Assembly: GCF_002105155.1 (NCBI RefSeq)
Contig: NW_019029020.1
Coordinates: forward strand, 124,001 to 188,000
Origin: Lobosporangium transversale
Taxonomy: Eukaryota
Direction of reading: 5' to 3'
Length of the DNA stretch: 64,000 bases
Notes under the pieces: model-generated
What the model saw: only the letters and a program-made list of their open reading frames with translations
What the model was told of the DNA's origin: nothing
The model's database searches: none
Program-made: the position numbers and the translations under genes
Part shown: in pieces, positions 24,587-38,014 of the stretch
Layout: each line of letters starts with the position of its first letter
Numbering within the stretch: the stretch's first letter is position 1

Positions 24587-27500
24587 ATGAGTAATATCAA
24601 TAATCCCTCTCACGGGGTTGACAATCAAGACCTCCCATACAAAGAGAGCGAGGAGGACTATCATGAGTTTGATGAGTACGATGAGGTGACAAAGCCTCAA
24701 ACTCGCCCTTTCTACAAGAGGCGTAAGTACTGGATCTTCTGCGCCATCATGACAGTGATTATTGTCGCTGTCGCTGTCCCTATCGCCCTCTTCGTTATTC
24801 TGCCCAAGATTGCTCAGGTGATCATCAACGGCAGTAGCATGTCTTTCAAGAGCATTCAGATTTCCAACCCCACCAACACTAGTTTGAACATGGCCATGGA
24901 TGGTTCTTTGCAGAACACTGGTCCATTCTCGGCTACTATCAAGTTCCCTGAGCCTATCCAGGTTTATTATAATGATATCTTGCTTGGATCCATGAGTTTG
25001 CCTGATACTAAGGCCAGCGGCGGTTCTGGTGCTCTTGATGTGACTGATGCACCCTTCAATATCAATGATGAGGCTGCATTTGGTGCCTTCTCTGCTGATA
25101 TGGTATGTATTCCATTCTATTCCCATTATCAATTTTTTCATCCTTCTCCGCCCTTCATCAATGCATACATCCAACGCCATCCTTTCCATTCGTTACATTT
25201 GTACACTGCTGTACCGAAGATGGGGGTACAATTCAGGGTCCTTTACGTCTTAGTAATCCTGAGGAAAACCCTTCTTTGGTAGCTTGTCCGTTGCACAAAC
25301 AACCTGTTTGCTGCCATACCAATGCCCTGTCAACCATTCAAAAAAAACCCCCCCACTCTCTTGCTTTACCGATATCTTCATTTATATTCCGATACGCATT
25401 CGCACATACACTTGACCACTCACTCTTTATAATGTAACAACAATACATGAATAGATGAACAAAGAAAAATTCACTTGGGTACTCAAGTCTAAGGTTACGA
25501 TCGTTGCCCTTGGTCGCACCGTCCCTGATCTCGATCTCAACAAAGAACTCGTCCTTGACGGTAAGAAAAAACTAAAATGATTGATCTCCTAAAATTATTC
25601 GCATCGGTAATTATAATACTAAATTGCTAATAACGGTCTTATATGAAACACTTATAGGTATGAATGGCTTCCCCGGCGTTCAGATTCTCAAGTTCGATTT
25701 GCCCTCAGATGCTGCTCCAGGCCAGGGTATCAACCTAGTGATCGACACTGCCATGAATAACCCTTCACCCATCGGTGTGAGCTTGGGTACTATGGTCCTT
25801 GACATTAGCTACAATAACGTTGCATTGGGTCAGGTCAAGGCTACAGGTGCTTCCATCATGGGTGGTCAGCAGTCGGTCTTGAACTTGACTGGTACCATGT
25901 TCCCTCAAACCACACCTGAAGGTCTTGCTACTGTTAGGTATGAATGTTGCACCATGCCTTTGCTATTGCTTTTTACACATTTACACATGAGCGCTGTTAT
26001 GATGGTTTGCTGACTTTTTTTTTTTTTTTTTTTTTTATCATCCTAAAAGCGAGCTGTTCTCAGCCTATATCGCTGGTAAGAGTTCAGAGACAACTGCTCG
26101 TGGTGTTTCTGTCCTCCCTGATGGCGTCAACGAAGTCAGCTGGCTTTCCATCGGTCTCAAGTCCATGGTTCTCAAGGTTCCTCTCCAAACGCCTACTCCT
26201 TTGAACATCATCAAGTCCATTACTCTTGGTCCCATGGGTATGAACTGGACTAACACTGATTCCTATGCGCCTCTCGCCAACTCTCCTGGAGTCATCGCTG
26301 CCTTTGAGATGCCCTTTGGATTCTCCCTCAATGTTACTCAGGTCCAAAACAACATGACCGTTGTCTATAACAACAAGTCTATGGCTATCCTCAATGCTGC
26401 CGAGTGGGGCCCTGCTGTCACTACTAAGGATGCTAGTGGAACTGCTATCAACTTTGCTCTTCCTCCTACCCCCTTCGCTATTAACGCTGACTCCCATGGT
26501 GACTTTGATGACTTTGTCAACAAGTTGACCGTTAGCTCCAATCAGGCTTTTGGTGTTGAGGGTTTCGCTGGTACTGTTGCTCAGACTCCTATCGGTGAGG
26601 TCCGCATTACGGGCATTCCCTTCAAGTCTGATGTCTCTTTGTCTGGTCTCCAGGGCCTCAAAACCGAACCTACTGTCATCAACAGCTTGACTGTCATCGG
26701 TGGTCTCCCCCAAGGCCTCCAGATTGCCCTCAACTTGACTATGGGTAACCCTTCGCAGCTGACAATCGACACTGGTTTCGGCGATAACGCCGTTGTCACA
26801 TTCAACATGCAATACGAAGGTGACAATGTCGGAACTGTTATTTTCCCCAACTTGAACCTCGTTCCTGGACAAAATATCCGTACTGCTGGTGCCTTGTTCA
26901 CCCCCACTGGTACTCAGGGCGGTCAGGCACTCTTGCAGAGATACATGAGCAACCAAGTCTCGACTGTCAGCATTTTTGGCTCCGAGAGCTCGTCTGGCAT
27001 CGCTCCTTTGGCCGCCGGTTTGAAGGACATTCAGTTGCAGTCAGATATGCCTGGTAACCCTGCCCAGCTCCTCTTGAGCACCTCGCTGACTATCCTTGAT
27101 GACACCGGCAAGACTGGCATTGCCATGGCTAGTGTTACTGTTAACAATCCCTTCCAGCCTCCCTTGTCCATCAAGTCGATCAAGTCCACCGTTCAATACA
27201 ACGGCCGCAGTCTTGGTACCATTGATTTGCCCTCAACTTCCATTGATGTTGCTGGCATGACTCAACAGGCTTCTCAACCTTTGCCTTTGTCCATGGATTT
27301 GTCAATTGACTCGTTGCTCAGCTTGATGATCGATCAAGCCAAGGTTAACAACTTGAATGCTGAGCCCATCATTGCCCTTGGAAAGATGGCCAAAGACCCT
27401 ACTGTTCAGATCCCATCCTCAGTCTTCGCTGGCTTCAACCTTCCCACATTCGTCAAGGCTGCTATGGCTGGCCTCAAGGTCGATGTTGATATGACAGTCG

Positions 27501-30088
27501 ATGTTATGGTCGGTGAGTATGCCACTTCGCTCACCTTGACTCAGCTCGGTGTGCCAACCCTCACTGATGATACCATCTTGAAGCTCCTCCCCATTGTTGG
27601 TACCCCTATCGCCCAGGCCATTGTCGATCTTGCTACCTTGAGTTTCACCAGCGTGATGATCAACAGCCCTGCTGAAACTGACTTCACCACCAACATCAAC
27701 GGTCTCATTGGTAACACTGGTCCATTTGATTCAGAGATCTCTTTCCCCAGCGGCTCTGGCCTCGCTTGGGTTAACGGCGATTCGAATGTGAGCATCGGTC
27801 AGATTGGCATGCCCGTTGTTTCTGCTAAGGCTGATGTTGGTGCCCAGCTCGCTTTGACCAACGTTCCATTCCATGTCACCAGCGGTCCTAATATGGGTGA
27901 CTTTGTTGCCTACTCCTTGAAGTCCGAGTCCTTTGAATGGTTGGTTACTGCTGAAAATATGGTTATTACCGCAATGGGTGCTCCCATCCCCGGAATCCGT
28001 ATGACCAAGAAGGTCACTCTCAAGGGCTTCAACGGCCTTCAAGGCTTGGAGATTCAAAAGTATGACTTGCCATCTAATGACCCCAACGGTATCCATCTTG
28101 TCCTTCAGGCTACCCTCCCCAACCCTTCGAACGTCGGTATTGAAATGGGCACTGTTGCCTTCACTAACATCTTCCAGGGACAGGAAATTGGCTTTGTTCA
28201 GACATCTGGTCTCAAGTTGTTGCCCGATGGTGTTACCCCTATTGCCATGGAGGGAACTCTGACTAAACAAACTTCTGAAGCTGGACTTGCTGCTCTTGGT
28301 GATATGTTCCGCTTGGCCCTGAACGGCGGTCAGCCTAACTTGATTGTCCAGGGCAAGTCAGTCACTCCCCCTAGTGGACCTGTCTCGTGGTTGAGCTCTG
28401 CTTTTGGCTCCTTGACCATGAACGTTACTCTCCCCAGCATCGGCAAGCAGGAAATCATCACCGGTATTTCCCTCAAGACTATGACCTTGGATTTCACTGG
28501 TTCTGACCCATACAGTGTCATGACTTCATCCGACAACATTGAGGCCAGCTTCCATATCCCCTTCGCATTCCCATTGGACATTACTCAAGTCGCTGAGGAC
28601 ATGAGCATCCAGTTGCCACAGGGTAACGACGTTGCTACCTTGAAGCTTCCTCTCGGCCCAGCCCAGACTATTGCACCTGGCGTTCTCAAGACTGCTTACA
28701 CTAACCAGCCCTTGAACGTCCTCTCCAGCCAGCATGAGACCTTTAACCATTTCTCCAGGATTTTGACTACTGGTCCTGGTGTCGAATTCTTCTTGGCTGG
28801 TACTGCCGACACTGTTGCTGAGACAGCTGCCGGACAGGTCAAGATCCCTGGTATTGCTGTCAGTGTCAAGTCTGCTTTGGCTGGTATGAATTTGAACGTC
28901 GGAGGTGCTGCTATCACCAACATCGCGATCACTGGAGGTACTCCTGAATACTTGGAGATCAATCAGAATGTTGTCCTCCAGAACCCTTCGGGATTGACCG
29001 TCAAGGTTGGTCAGGTTGGCTTCAACATCGGTTACGCTGGTAACCACATGGGTCAAGCTATTGTCAAGGATATGGTTCTCATTCCTGGCGCCAATATCCT
29101 CCCTGCTGTCTTCCACTTGGCTCCTGCTGATACGCATATTCGTGATGGATTCTTGAGCGGCTTCGTTGCTGGTGCTTCATTCCAACTAGAGATTGCTGGT
29201 GGAGAAGATTCGACCACTGTGGCCTCCTTGAAGGAGGCCATGGCTTCAGTTAAGATGAGCTCCACCATCGCAGGTATCACTGACAAGTTGATTGCTCCTG
29301 GAAGCGCCGCTCAGCCTAACTTGTGGTCAATGCTGCATCCATCTAACGAGCGCAGGACCCCTGTCCAAGTCATGATCTATAACCCCTTCGACACTCCTCT
29401 GTACATCAAGAGCATGAAGGCTTTGAACAGTTGGAGAGGTATGGATTTCGGTGTGGTGGATCAAGAAGTTGGTATGACCATCCCTGCCAAGGGCACTGCC
29501 CTTTCGCCAACTGTTGTTATGGTCTCACCTGGTGGCCCCGGCTTCTTAAAGGTTTTGCTGCCCTTCATGGCAGCTTATCCCGGATTGCTAGTCAAGGCTG
29601 TCGACGTGCCCTTCACTATCAAGTCGACTATCACTGCTTATGTCGGTGGACCCAACGGTTACCTTGGCAATGTTGCTTACCAGCAGCCTGATACTATCAT
29701 TTCTGTCAAGCTTGATTTCGGCACCCCTTCGGGCTTGAAGATTCCTTCTTCGCTCGATGAGATCATGCACCCTACTACGACCTCGACAGTCACAGCTACT
29801 CCCGATGTCCCTGCTCCCAGCCCAAGCCCAGTTGATGTCACTCCTAGCCCTGAGGCCCCTGCCCCTGAACCTGTTACTACCACTGAGGAAGCTCCCGCCC
29901 CTGTTACTCCTTCCCCTGAGCCTTCGACCACTGGTGATGCCCCCATTGTTGCCAAGCGTCAAGATGTTCCCCCTTCCCTTGGTAATCTCATTCCTTCCAG
30001 CGAGGATCCTGCTGTTATTGAGGCATGGCTTAAGGCTCTCGCAAACAAGTTGGCTCTGGATGAGGGTCTTCCAGCTCCTTTCGCATAA
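24587..30088 (+). CDS. ~1646-aa type II membrane protein with repeated DUF3712/LEA_2-like domains (Tag1-like); exons 24587-25102, 25455-25560, 25658-25937, 26050-30088
   Basis: Short cytosolic N-terminus, basic RPFYKRRK, one TM helix, LPKIAQ; repeated NTGPF, NPS.IG..LG, PF.F.L..TQV and NPF..PL motifs; Pro/Thr-rich linker near the C-terminus. Exon lengths sum to 4941 nt (in frame). Confidence 0.82.
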
Positions 30089-30471
30089 TGTCCATTTACT
30101 ATTCTCTTTTTGAAAAAACAAAAAACAAAAAACAAAACAAAAAAAAAAGGGTATCATTTCTATATCTATATCTTTTCTTTTTCTTTTCCTCGATTTGATG
30201 ATCTTTCTTTATCCTTTTTTTAATTTTATTTTATTTTTCTCTTCCTCCTTTCCTCCTTCTTTCTTTATCCTTATTTTCGTTGTTGAAAAAGATTTGTTTT
30301 GAATGCAAATCGATATTCGACTTGTTATTTTTTTTTGTCATGTATCACCACACACTTTCTTATACCCTATCCCTCTTCCCCTGTACAGTAATTTTAATGA
30401 TTATATTATACTGTCAAATACTTCTTTTTGCCCCTCCTTGACGATCCCATCAACAAAAGACGAAAATTAAG

Positions 30472-30504
<33 letters not shown>

Positions 30505-30850
30505 AAAGAAAAAAGAAAAAAGAAAAAAAGGAAAGAATGGTCGGATGGCCCCTTCTGCCTCCCTAATTGAAAAAGTAGAAAAAAAAAGTGTATATGAGAT
30601 GAGTAACCCTTTAATGAGAATTAATGACTTTTTAAAAAAAAATAAAATTAGATATATAATATAAATAATCTTTATTTCCCTACTTGATATTTGTAAAATA
30701 ATTTGATCCGCATTATGTCCAGTAGAAACATCTTATTCTATGAAAATATTTCATCGATTGTCATTTAGTAACATAGGCAGGCAAAGTAGAAGTTCATGTG
30801 TATTATATATAAAGATGTCTATAGGTATATATATATATATATATGTGTAT

Positions 30851-31309
30851 TTAGTGACTAAAGAAGCTTAAGAATAAATAGATGATGCTTCCAAAGAACC
30901 GGAACACGGACAATCCGAATACGCTCCACATAATTCCTGCCAGGTAAGCATTTGATCCATCCTGGAAAATACAAAAAAAAAAAAGAGACATAGTATGAAC
31001 AGGTCAGTTAATGACGGGTTAATAAAAACCTGTTATAAATTTACAAAACAAGCGCATCAAAATACAGCAAATAAATAGATAAATGAATAAACTTACATCC
31101 AGAGTCAGCTTCTCCTCGATAGTAGATGAGCAGATAATGGCTGCCAGCAAACCATTAGAACCAATCCAAGCCATGACAAGTCGAGTTCTGAAGCCTCTAT
31201 AGTAATCATCCTGTTTGGTAGCTGCGCTACGAGATTGATGTACCTCTGGAACTTTATGTGAAAGCTCGGCAATTGCTTCTTCATATGCCTCATTACTAAC
31301 AAAAAGGAG

Positions 31310-31340
<31 letters not shown>

Positions 31341-31378
31341 TCAGCGTGTTATAATTGTAATTGTAATTGTAATTATAA

Positions 31379-31409
<31 letters not shown>

Positions 31410-33530
31410 CACTTACATATCTGCAGACGATATTGGAACTTCGACCTCGACGACCTGTCCATCACCCTTCTTGGCTTCTCCCAAATCCGAATGAGTGCTG
31501 TTATCTCCTTTAGTTCCCCAGCTGTTTAACAGAAAAAAAAAAAAAAAAAAAAAAAAAAACAAGCAAACAAACAAAAACTTTAGATGAGTAAGGGAACGTT
31601 CTTCTACTGCAACTCTTTTTTTTTTTTTTTATCATCTTTTCATTCTTCTTACCTGACATCATGGGTGTTACAGAAGGCATAAACGTTCAAGATATTAACA
31701 TAACTTGGCATCATGAACAAATATTGAATAAAGCTGGTGATCATATGCCATGGATCCATATAGAGAAGGGACATAATAATATACAATCCATAGGTCGAGA
31801 GCAATGACATGATAATATCTCGGAAGGCTGCACTCTGAATGATCGTACTAAAGACTCGGAATGAATCTTGACTCGTATCCACTTTACTGAAGGCTGCTTC
31901 CAGCGATTTCACAGTAATCAATGCGGCAGCAAAGAGCATATAGCCCATGATAACCCCAAATGCGACCATCGACATTGTATATGTCGCCTTGGATCCTTGA
32001 GGACGGTTTCTAAAGATAGAGGAAAGAAGAAAAAGAAGAATAAAAAAAAATAAAAAAAAATGAGTAAAATAGCATAAAGCTTTAGCCACAATCAATAGAA
32101 AAAAGCTTAGGAAAATTATCTTTACCCCATCGAGCAGATGAATTGTGTGCAGATTAGGAAGATATAGAGATATCTCATCACTTCAAAGATCCTGGCACCC
32201 CACCCACCTCCAAATGGATCGATATCTGGATTTCCAAGGGATCGTGTAAGGAAATAGAATGTCAAGTACATATTGGCCTATAGTCAATTATGCCATTAAA
32301 GAGTGTTAGTTTTCTAGACATAAAAAAAAAAAAAAAAGAGAGAGAGAGACAGGGACATCAAAACGGTACCAAAGCAAACCACGAGAATAAAATGCTGATA
32401 AAGTTGTAAAAGAACTCTAGATGGAGCCAGAGCTTCCTCACGATACTATGATCTGATCTCCAAATCTTGGCTGAATGTGTCAAGGCATAAATGGCTGCAA
32501 AGAACGATCCATTCAACCATCGACGCCGTTGAGAGATGAATTCAGGCACAGCATCCGGAACGTCGGTCTCTCCGATCGCAGATCGTACATACTTCAAAGT
32601 CCATTGACCTCCTCGTTTCGCCACCAGCTCAAAACAAAGGATTCGATCCTCTGCCAGGTACATATTGGCAGAAAATATGTCATCCATGTCGTCATGGTTT
32701 TCTCCTTTAAAGTAAGAGGCCAAGGGGCCATTTCCTTTTTTGTCATTCAGCAAAGCAGAGTAACGATAGGCAGAAAACGCTCCTGGAAGGACTGAAATGT
32801 ATCCAAAGACTGATTCCATGGGCTTATCCAAGATGTTAGACATTTTATATTCGAAATTTTGAGCCGCGACCAAAGGGTTGAATAGGTTGAAGCATCCACG
32901 TCCTGTCATGGCGCAGATCTCACCACAGGCCCCTCCAACATGCTTATTGACATCAAATGCCTTCCAAAGATGATAAATCGATGTATTTCCTGGCTTTGTT
33001 CCCACATCCAAGAGAACACAGACATTGGGGTTCAAGATCGGTCCGAACGCATTAAAGAACCAGCGGTGAGAGTTGAGTTTCTTCTTGTTCTTTTCTTTGA
33101 GACAGAACAGGATCTGAACCGGAGGGATCTTTTGATTTGCGGATTTGATTTTAAGATCTGGATCGATCGAGATTTGAGCTGTGTATTCGTACAAGTGTGC
33201 AACCACCTCTTTGCCTCCGACTGCATTCTTGGCGATCCCATCCTGATAGACACCCATCATCGCCAGAACACTCAGAACTCGACGACTGATCTTGTATCGG
33301 CCATCGGCTACAATGCAGACAACTACTTTTTTCCAGCCGTCAGGTCCCCAAGTCTTGGATCGATCCCGTGCACAAAGATGAGAGATGTTTTTCATGACGC
33401 CATGCATTGTTCGACAGAATAGAATTTCATCCTCCTATTGATTAAACCATCGAAAAAAAGTGAAAGGGATATTAAATATGATGACTGATGGTTAATAAAC
33501 AGCGGCGTCGCTTAACCTAATTTTTCTTTT

Positions 33531-33561
<31 letters not shown>

Positions 33562-34466
33562 CGCCTGTGTGATGAACACAAAGAACACAAATGATAGGGG
33601 CATTTGGTATATTTATGACAAAGAAAACAAGAACGCGCGCCCTATTTTTTATACAAATAAACCTTCTCTCTCTCCCAACTTACGTTGTACATGGTCATGA
33701 CAATAAACAGTTCTGTCTCTCGATTCAACATCTTGGGTCGAAGGGTATAATTCTGACGTTTAAACTCATTTGGGTCACAGGTCACGGCCGTGTAGCGCAT
33801 CGTCTTGAACTCATCTGAATTCTTTCGGGGTAATACATCCAACAGTTTAGTAGGCACAGGACAATCCATGACCAGGTTTCCTTCTGTCAGCGTCACCTTC
33901 TTAGTAGTCTTGTACCGTCGTGTCTGACGCGCAGGTGCGGGTCCATAATGAAGTGTAGAACCATTGGGGTTATAAGGTTGGTAAGGGTATGATGGTTGTG
34001 GTGGAGGCATGGGAGAATGCGGTCCAAATCCATTGGCGAATGGATATTGATTCTCTAGAACAGTTGGTATTGGCATAGGCATGTGCATAGGAGCAGCCGT
34101 GGACATAGGCATAGCGAAGGATACATTTGGGGCATTGGTTGCTATTGGTAATGAGGCCATTGGTGCCTGAGATCGTTGCCGGATCAGTTGTGCAGAATTA
34201 GGTTGGATAGGTAACATCTGTAAAGCTCCATCGTTTCCAATGCTCGCGGTATTGTTAATGTTGTTATTATTATGGTTTAACGAGGTAGGTTGTAGAAAGT
34301 TGTTGTTATTGGTATACGTAGTCGAGGTGGCTGTCATGTTCCGCATGTCCGGAACTGTACGAGAGGTGGACATCCCGCCATTTTTCTGCTGTTGCTTTTT
34401 TGGCATCGTATTGGGCAAAGCTTTTCCACCCCGGTTTTTGTTATTGTTGTTATTGCTGCTGACCAT
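30851..34466 (-). CDS. Chitin synthase, division 1 (class I/II-like), ~7 exons
   Basis: [14 protein letters not shown](E)[69 protein letters not shown] and C-terminal TM helices. The first acceptor looks one base short (see findings). Confidence 0.94.
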
Positions 34467-35737
34467 TTTGCCTTTATGGGTCGGTTTGTGAAATCTGATG
34501 ACGGTAAGTGTGTGCGAGCACGAAGGCTCGAAGACGAAGAAGAAAAAAAAAGAGAGAGGGAGGTAAAAGGATGAAAGGCTCTACTACAGAGACAGATAAA
34601 TCCAACGTCTTAATTGCGGTTAGAGAGCGTGGGAGGGAGATAAAGGCAAGGGAGACGTTTTGCAGGAAGAAGATAGATGAGACAAGGGTTACTACTAATT
34701 TTGTTTTTTTTTTTTTTTTTTTTTCCGTTGAGACGTCAAAAGATGATGAAAATAGGGAGGATTGGTATCAATTATACAATACAAACAAAGAGAACAATGA
34801 TAACAACGAATTCTTAATGAATGAAAGGAAAGAGAATGAAGAGAAGTATAAGAAGAGAAGTGTAAGAAGAGAAAGGGAAAGAAAAGAAAGAATGGTATGT
34901 GTTACTTCGCCTGCGAAAACTAACACGAGTATTTTATTATTCACTTCTGTTCCCGACAGGCAGTTGTTTTTTTTTATCTTTTCTTAGTGATTAGTGAAGA
35001 TGAAGAGAAGAAGAAGAAAGAAAGGAATTCAAATGAATCCGATGCAGCGGGGCATTGTCCATTGTTCATTTCATTTTCATCATTTGTCTTTGGACGAGGG
35101 AAGGCTGTTTCCTTTGGCGCATCTTTTGTTGGATTCTATTGAATATTTGATTAATTTAATTTCTGCATTAGTTTTTTGCTTATTGACAACAAGGTTTGAT
35201 GAGATTTGGGTAGGGGGGCACTTGTCATCAACATCCATGCTCAACGCAGCTCAACAATCTTTGGTGCTTATCATCCATGGTGTGTAGTGTATCTATATGC
35301 AGTCGTGTCCTATAGCCCTTATTCATCATGGTCCTGTGCCCGCTCCATTTACTCTTTCTTCTCTTTTGATGGCGTGCATGCATAGACGTATTTTAATAAG
35401 GAATTTATTTTATTCTTGGCATAATAACGAATTATAATAGTAATAAATAGATACAGCAAAACCTCACCTCTCATAAACAGCCTCCAACACGAAATATGAA
35501 ATTCAATCCAATAGCCACAGCCATACAGGCGTGGGCGTCCAGAATGGGACTGGATTTATTATCTCCAAACCAGTAGATCTTGCTAACCATTAGCTTACAC
35601 TAAAAGATTCGTTGCGTCCGCTTTTTTCTCGTTTATTCCTGAACAAACCAACCAATCGATTTATGTCATTTTATATAATATTCAAATCCAAGTTTTAGTG
35701 CCGATCAAACCAGGTTCTAAAGTCTTACTTTCTTTGG

Positions 35738-35771
<34 letters not shown>

Positions 35772-35981
35772 CTTATTTGGTTTCATGTCTGTTGTTTATG
35801 CACACTCGATGAAGACAGGGGTATCCCTCAAACATCCACCACTTGATAAAATGACAAAGAAATAAGAGGTAGAGGAAAAAAGGGAGGGAAGACAACTTTT
35901 CTTTCCATGAGTGTCTGTGCACACATTAGATTTTATGGCCTGAAACATCCCGAGATTCGTGGTAAGTTCAAGTTTAATAGT

Positions 35982-38014
35982 TTAATACAAGTAATCATCA
36001 TCATCTGTGTCGGACAACTCGTGTTCATCTATCAATTCCAGGGTCAGGGGTTAAGGTTAGATACAATTCAAGAAATAAAAATAATCATCCGAAGACGTTT
36101 ATGCAGGTACAAGAAGGAAAAAAACTTACATGCATATTCATCATCACTAAGTTCTTCAGGATAGTCGTTCTGATAATAATCTTCTGCATTCGAATCCGAG
36201 TCTTCATAATCGTTTTCGCTAGAATCGTCTTCATGAACAAAATTGTTTTCATCATCGCTAAACCAAAGTCTAAAAAACGAATAAAAGCAAAATCATAAAA
36301 GTTTTAAGATTAAGTGTTGTCTCCACTACCTTTATAACGATTTTGTTATACAGACAAAGCTTCAAAACATACAATGAACCGATAGTGCGATGTTGTGACT
36401 CCTGCAAATGATCTGCATGCAGATCCCGATAGTAAATGTCATAAACGTATTCATCGTCCGATTCTTCGCCTTCTAATACATCATTACTCTTTCTAGACAG
36501 AGGGGTTGACGACCGATTACGCTCCTCAGTTGCATCGGTGATGATCTTTGGATCTGATGGTTGCTCAGAGACTGGATTTTTCCATTAATCAAAAACAGTT
36601 ACATGTTAACAATGATATCCCTAAGAGAATATTGAACATACAACTCTTCTATATGAAAGTACTATAAACTTACTTGTCAAGTATTCGCGCACCATGGGTA
36701 AAAAGTTACACATGATATCGGATTCCTCTGCTTCATTCATCCTAAATATCAAACAGTTGTCAATGCTGATAGTGAGCTTTATGTATAGCGTTGATAGTCG
36801 TTTAAATCCACAAGTGATTGCTGGTGTCCACATGCGTTGTCCTAATATTTCGTATCCTTACAGTTGTTCCTTTGTCTTAGGCGCCTCCTCTTTGACAGCA
36901 TCATACATCTTGAACATGTCCAGCACAGTCTCAGCTTGTGCCTCCGCAGAAGAGCTAGAATGGGGATTATAGATAAGAATGCGATTAACTTTCAGTCTGA
37001 CTTGTACCCGCTTTTTTTTTTTTTTTTTTTTTCTTTACATGACTTTCGGTGGTAGCTGTCCATGTGAAGAAAGTCCCACTCTGTTCTGGTTGATGACTCT
37101 GTAGCGTGCTGACTGTGCGTCACGTTGTATTTTTTCTGTTAGCTCTGCCCTGTTCTTTTGGGTTATATTCTCTAGATCCTGAAGGCGCTCCGATAGACGG
37201 GATCTAGGACGCCGTGTCGTCTCTGCCAAGTGATTAATCCTATCCTATTGTATTTTAATTATATATCAACAAAAAAGAGGGTTAGCAGCGCAGCATAGCG
37301 CGAGATAAATAAAATAAATAAATAAATAAAAAAGATACCGTAGACGGAAGAAAAAGCTTACTCTCAATTGAATGGATTGTACAGGGTCCCTGAAACTGCT
37401 CTTTTTGACGGTAGTGGCAAGTCTGAATACAGCTGATGGCTCTATTGTAAACACCACGACATTCAACATGTTTTGCTGTATAAGAAGGTCTATCCTGATG
37501 CTTGAAGCAACAAAAAATAAATAAAAAAAAAGATCGCTTTCGTTGCAGCAGCCTTAATTACTTGGAAGTGCTACATCTCCCGCTTTCGCATTTTCTGCCT
37601 CTTGTTGCTCCTTGTCTTCCTGAGTCATCAACTTCTTCCCTTGCATCTTTTCTAATTGTTCCTCTACCACTAATAGACGGATTGTCATAGATCGAAATTA
37701 AAATATAAGGTGTGGTTAGTAAGTATTAAGAATAAAAAAAATAAACAAAAGCTGTCTAAAGTAGCTTGCTTCTATCCAAAAGGAAAGAAATAACCGATCC
37801 ATCACTATTTCATACCGAGTGTATCCAAAGGCTCCTCATTGCGCTTGCGTTTGATTCTCAAAATAGTAAAAGCTTCATTATTGGGCGAAGCGTTCGAAGC
37901 ATTGGATCGTTTCAGATCATTGTTGATCGCTGCCTTGCTCTCCAGGGTATCATTGTCAAACGTAAACGGTATATCGATTGGAGTGCGAATAGCCTTTGTT
38001 TTATTGGTTGCCAT
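35982..38014 (-). CDS. IWR1: RNA polymerase II nuclear import factor Iwr1 (~9 exons)
   Basis: N-terminal TILRIKRKRNEEPLDTL, central FLPMVREYL, DEYVYDIYY and acidic EDSDSNAEDYYQNDYPEE. GT-AG exons can be traced to the TAA at 35982. Confidence 0.85.

Noticed and set aside
25105..25437. Cys-containing ORF (CC..C..CC) inside intron 1 of the Tag1-like gene, superficially hydrophobin-like
   Set aside because: Starts at the splice donor, lacks the 8-Cys pattern and has no supporting codon bias.
26084..30157. Long minus-strand ORFs opposite the Tag1-like gene (e.g. 290 aa at 26084-26956)
   Set aside because: Antisense shadows expected from strong codon bias; the same applies to those opposite FAH, uL13, chitin synthase and metacaspase.
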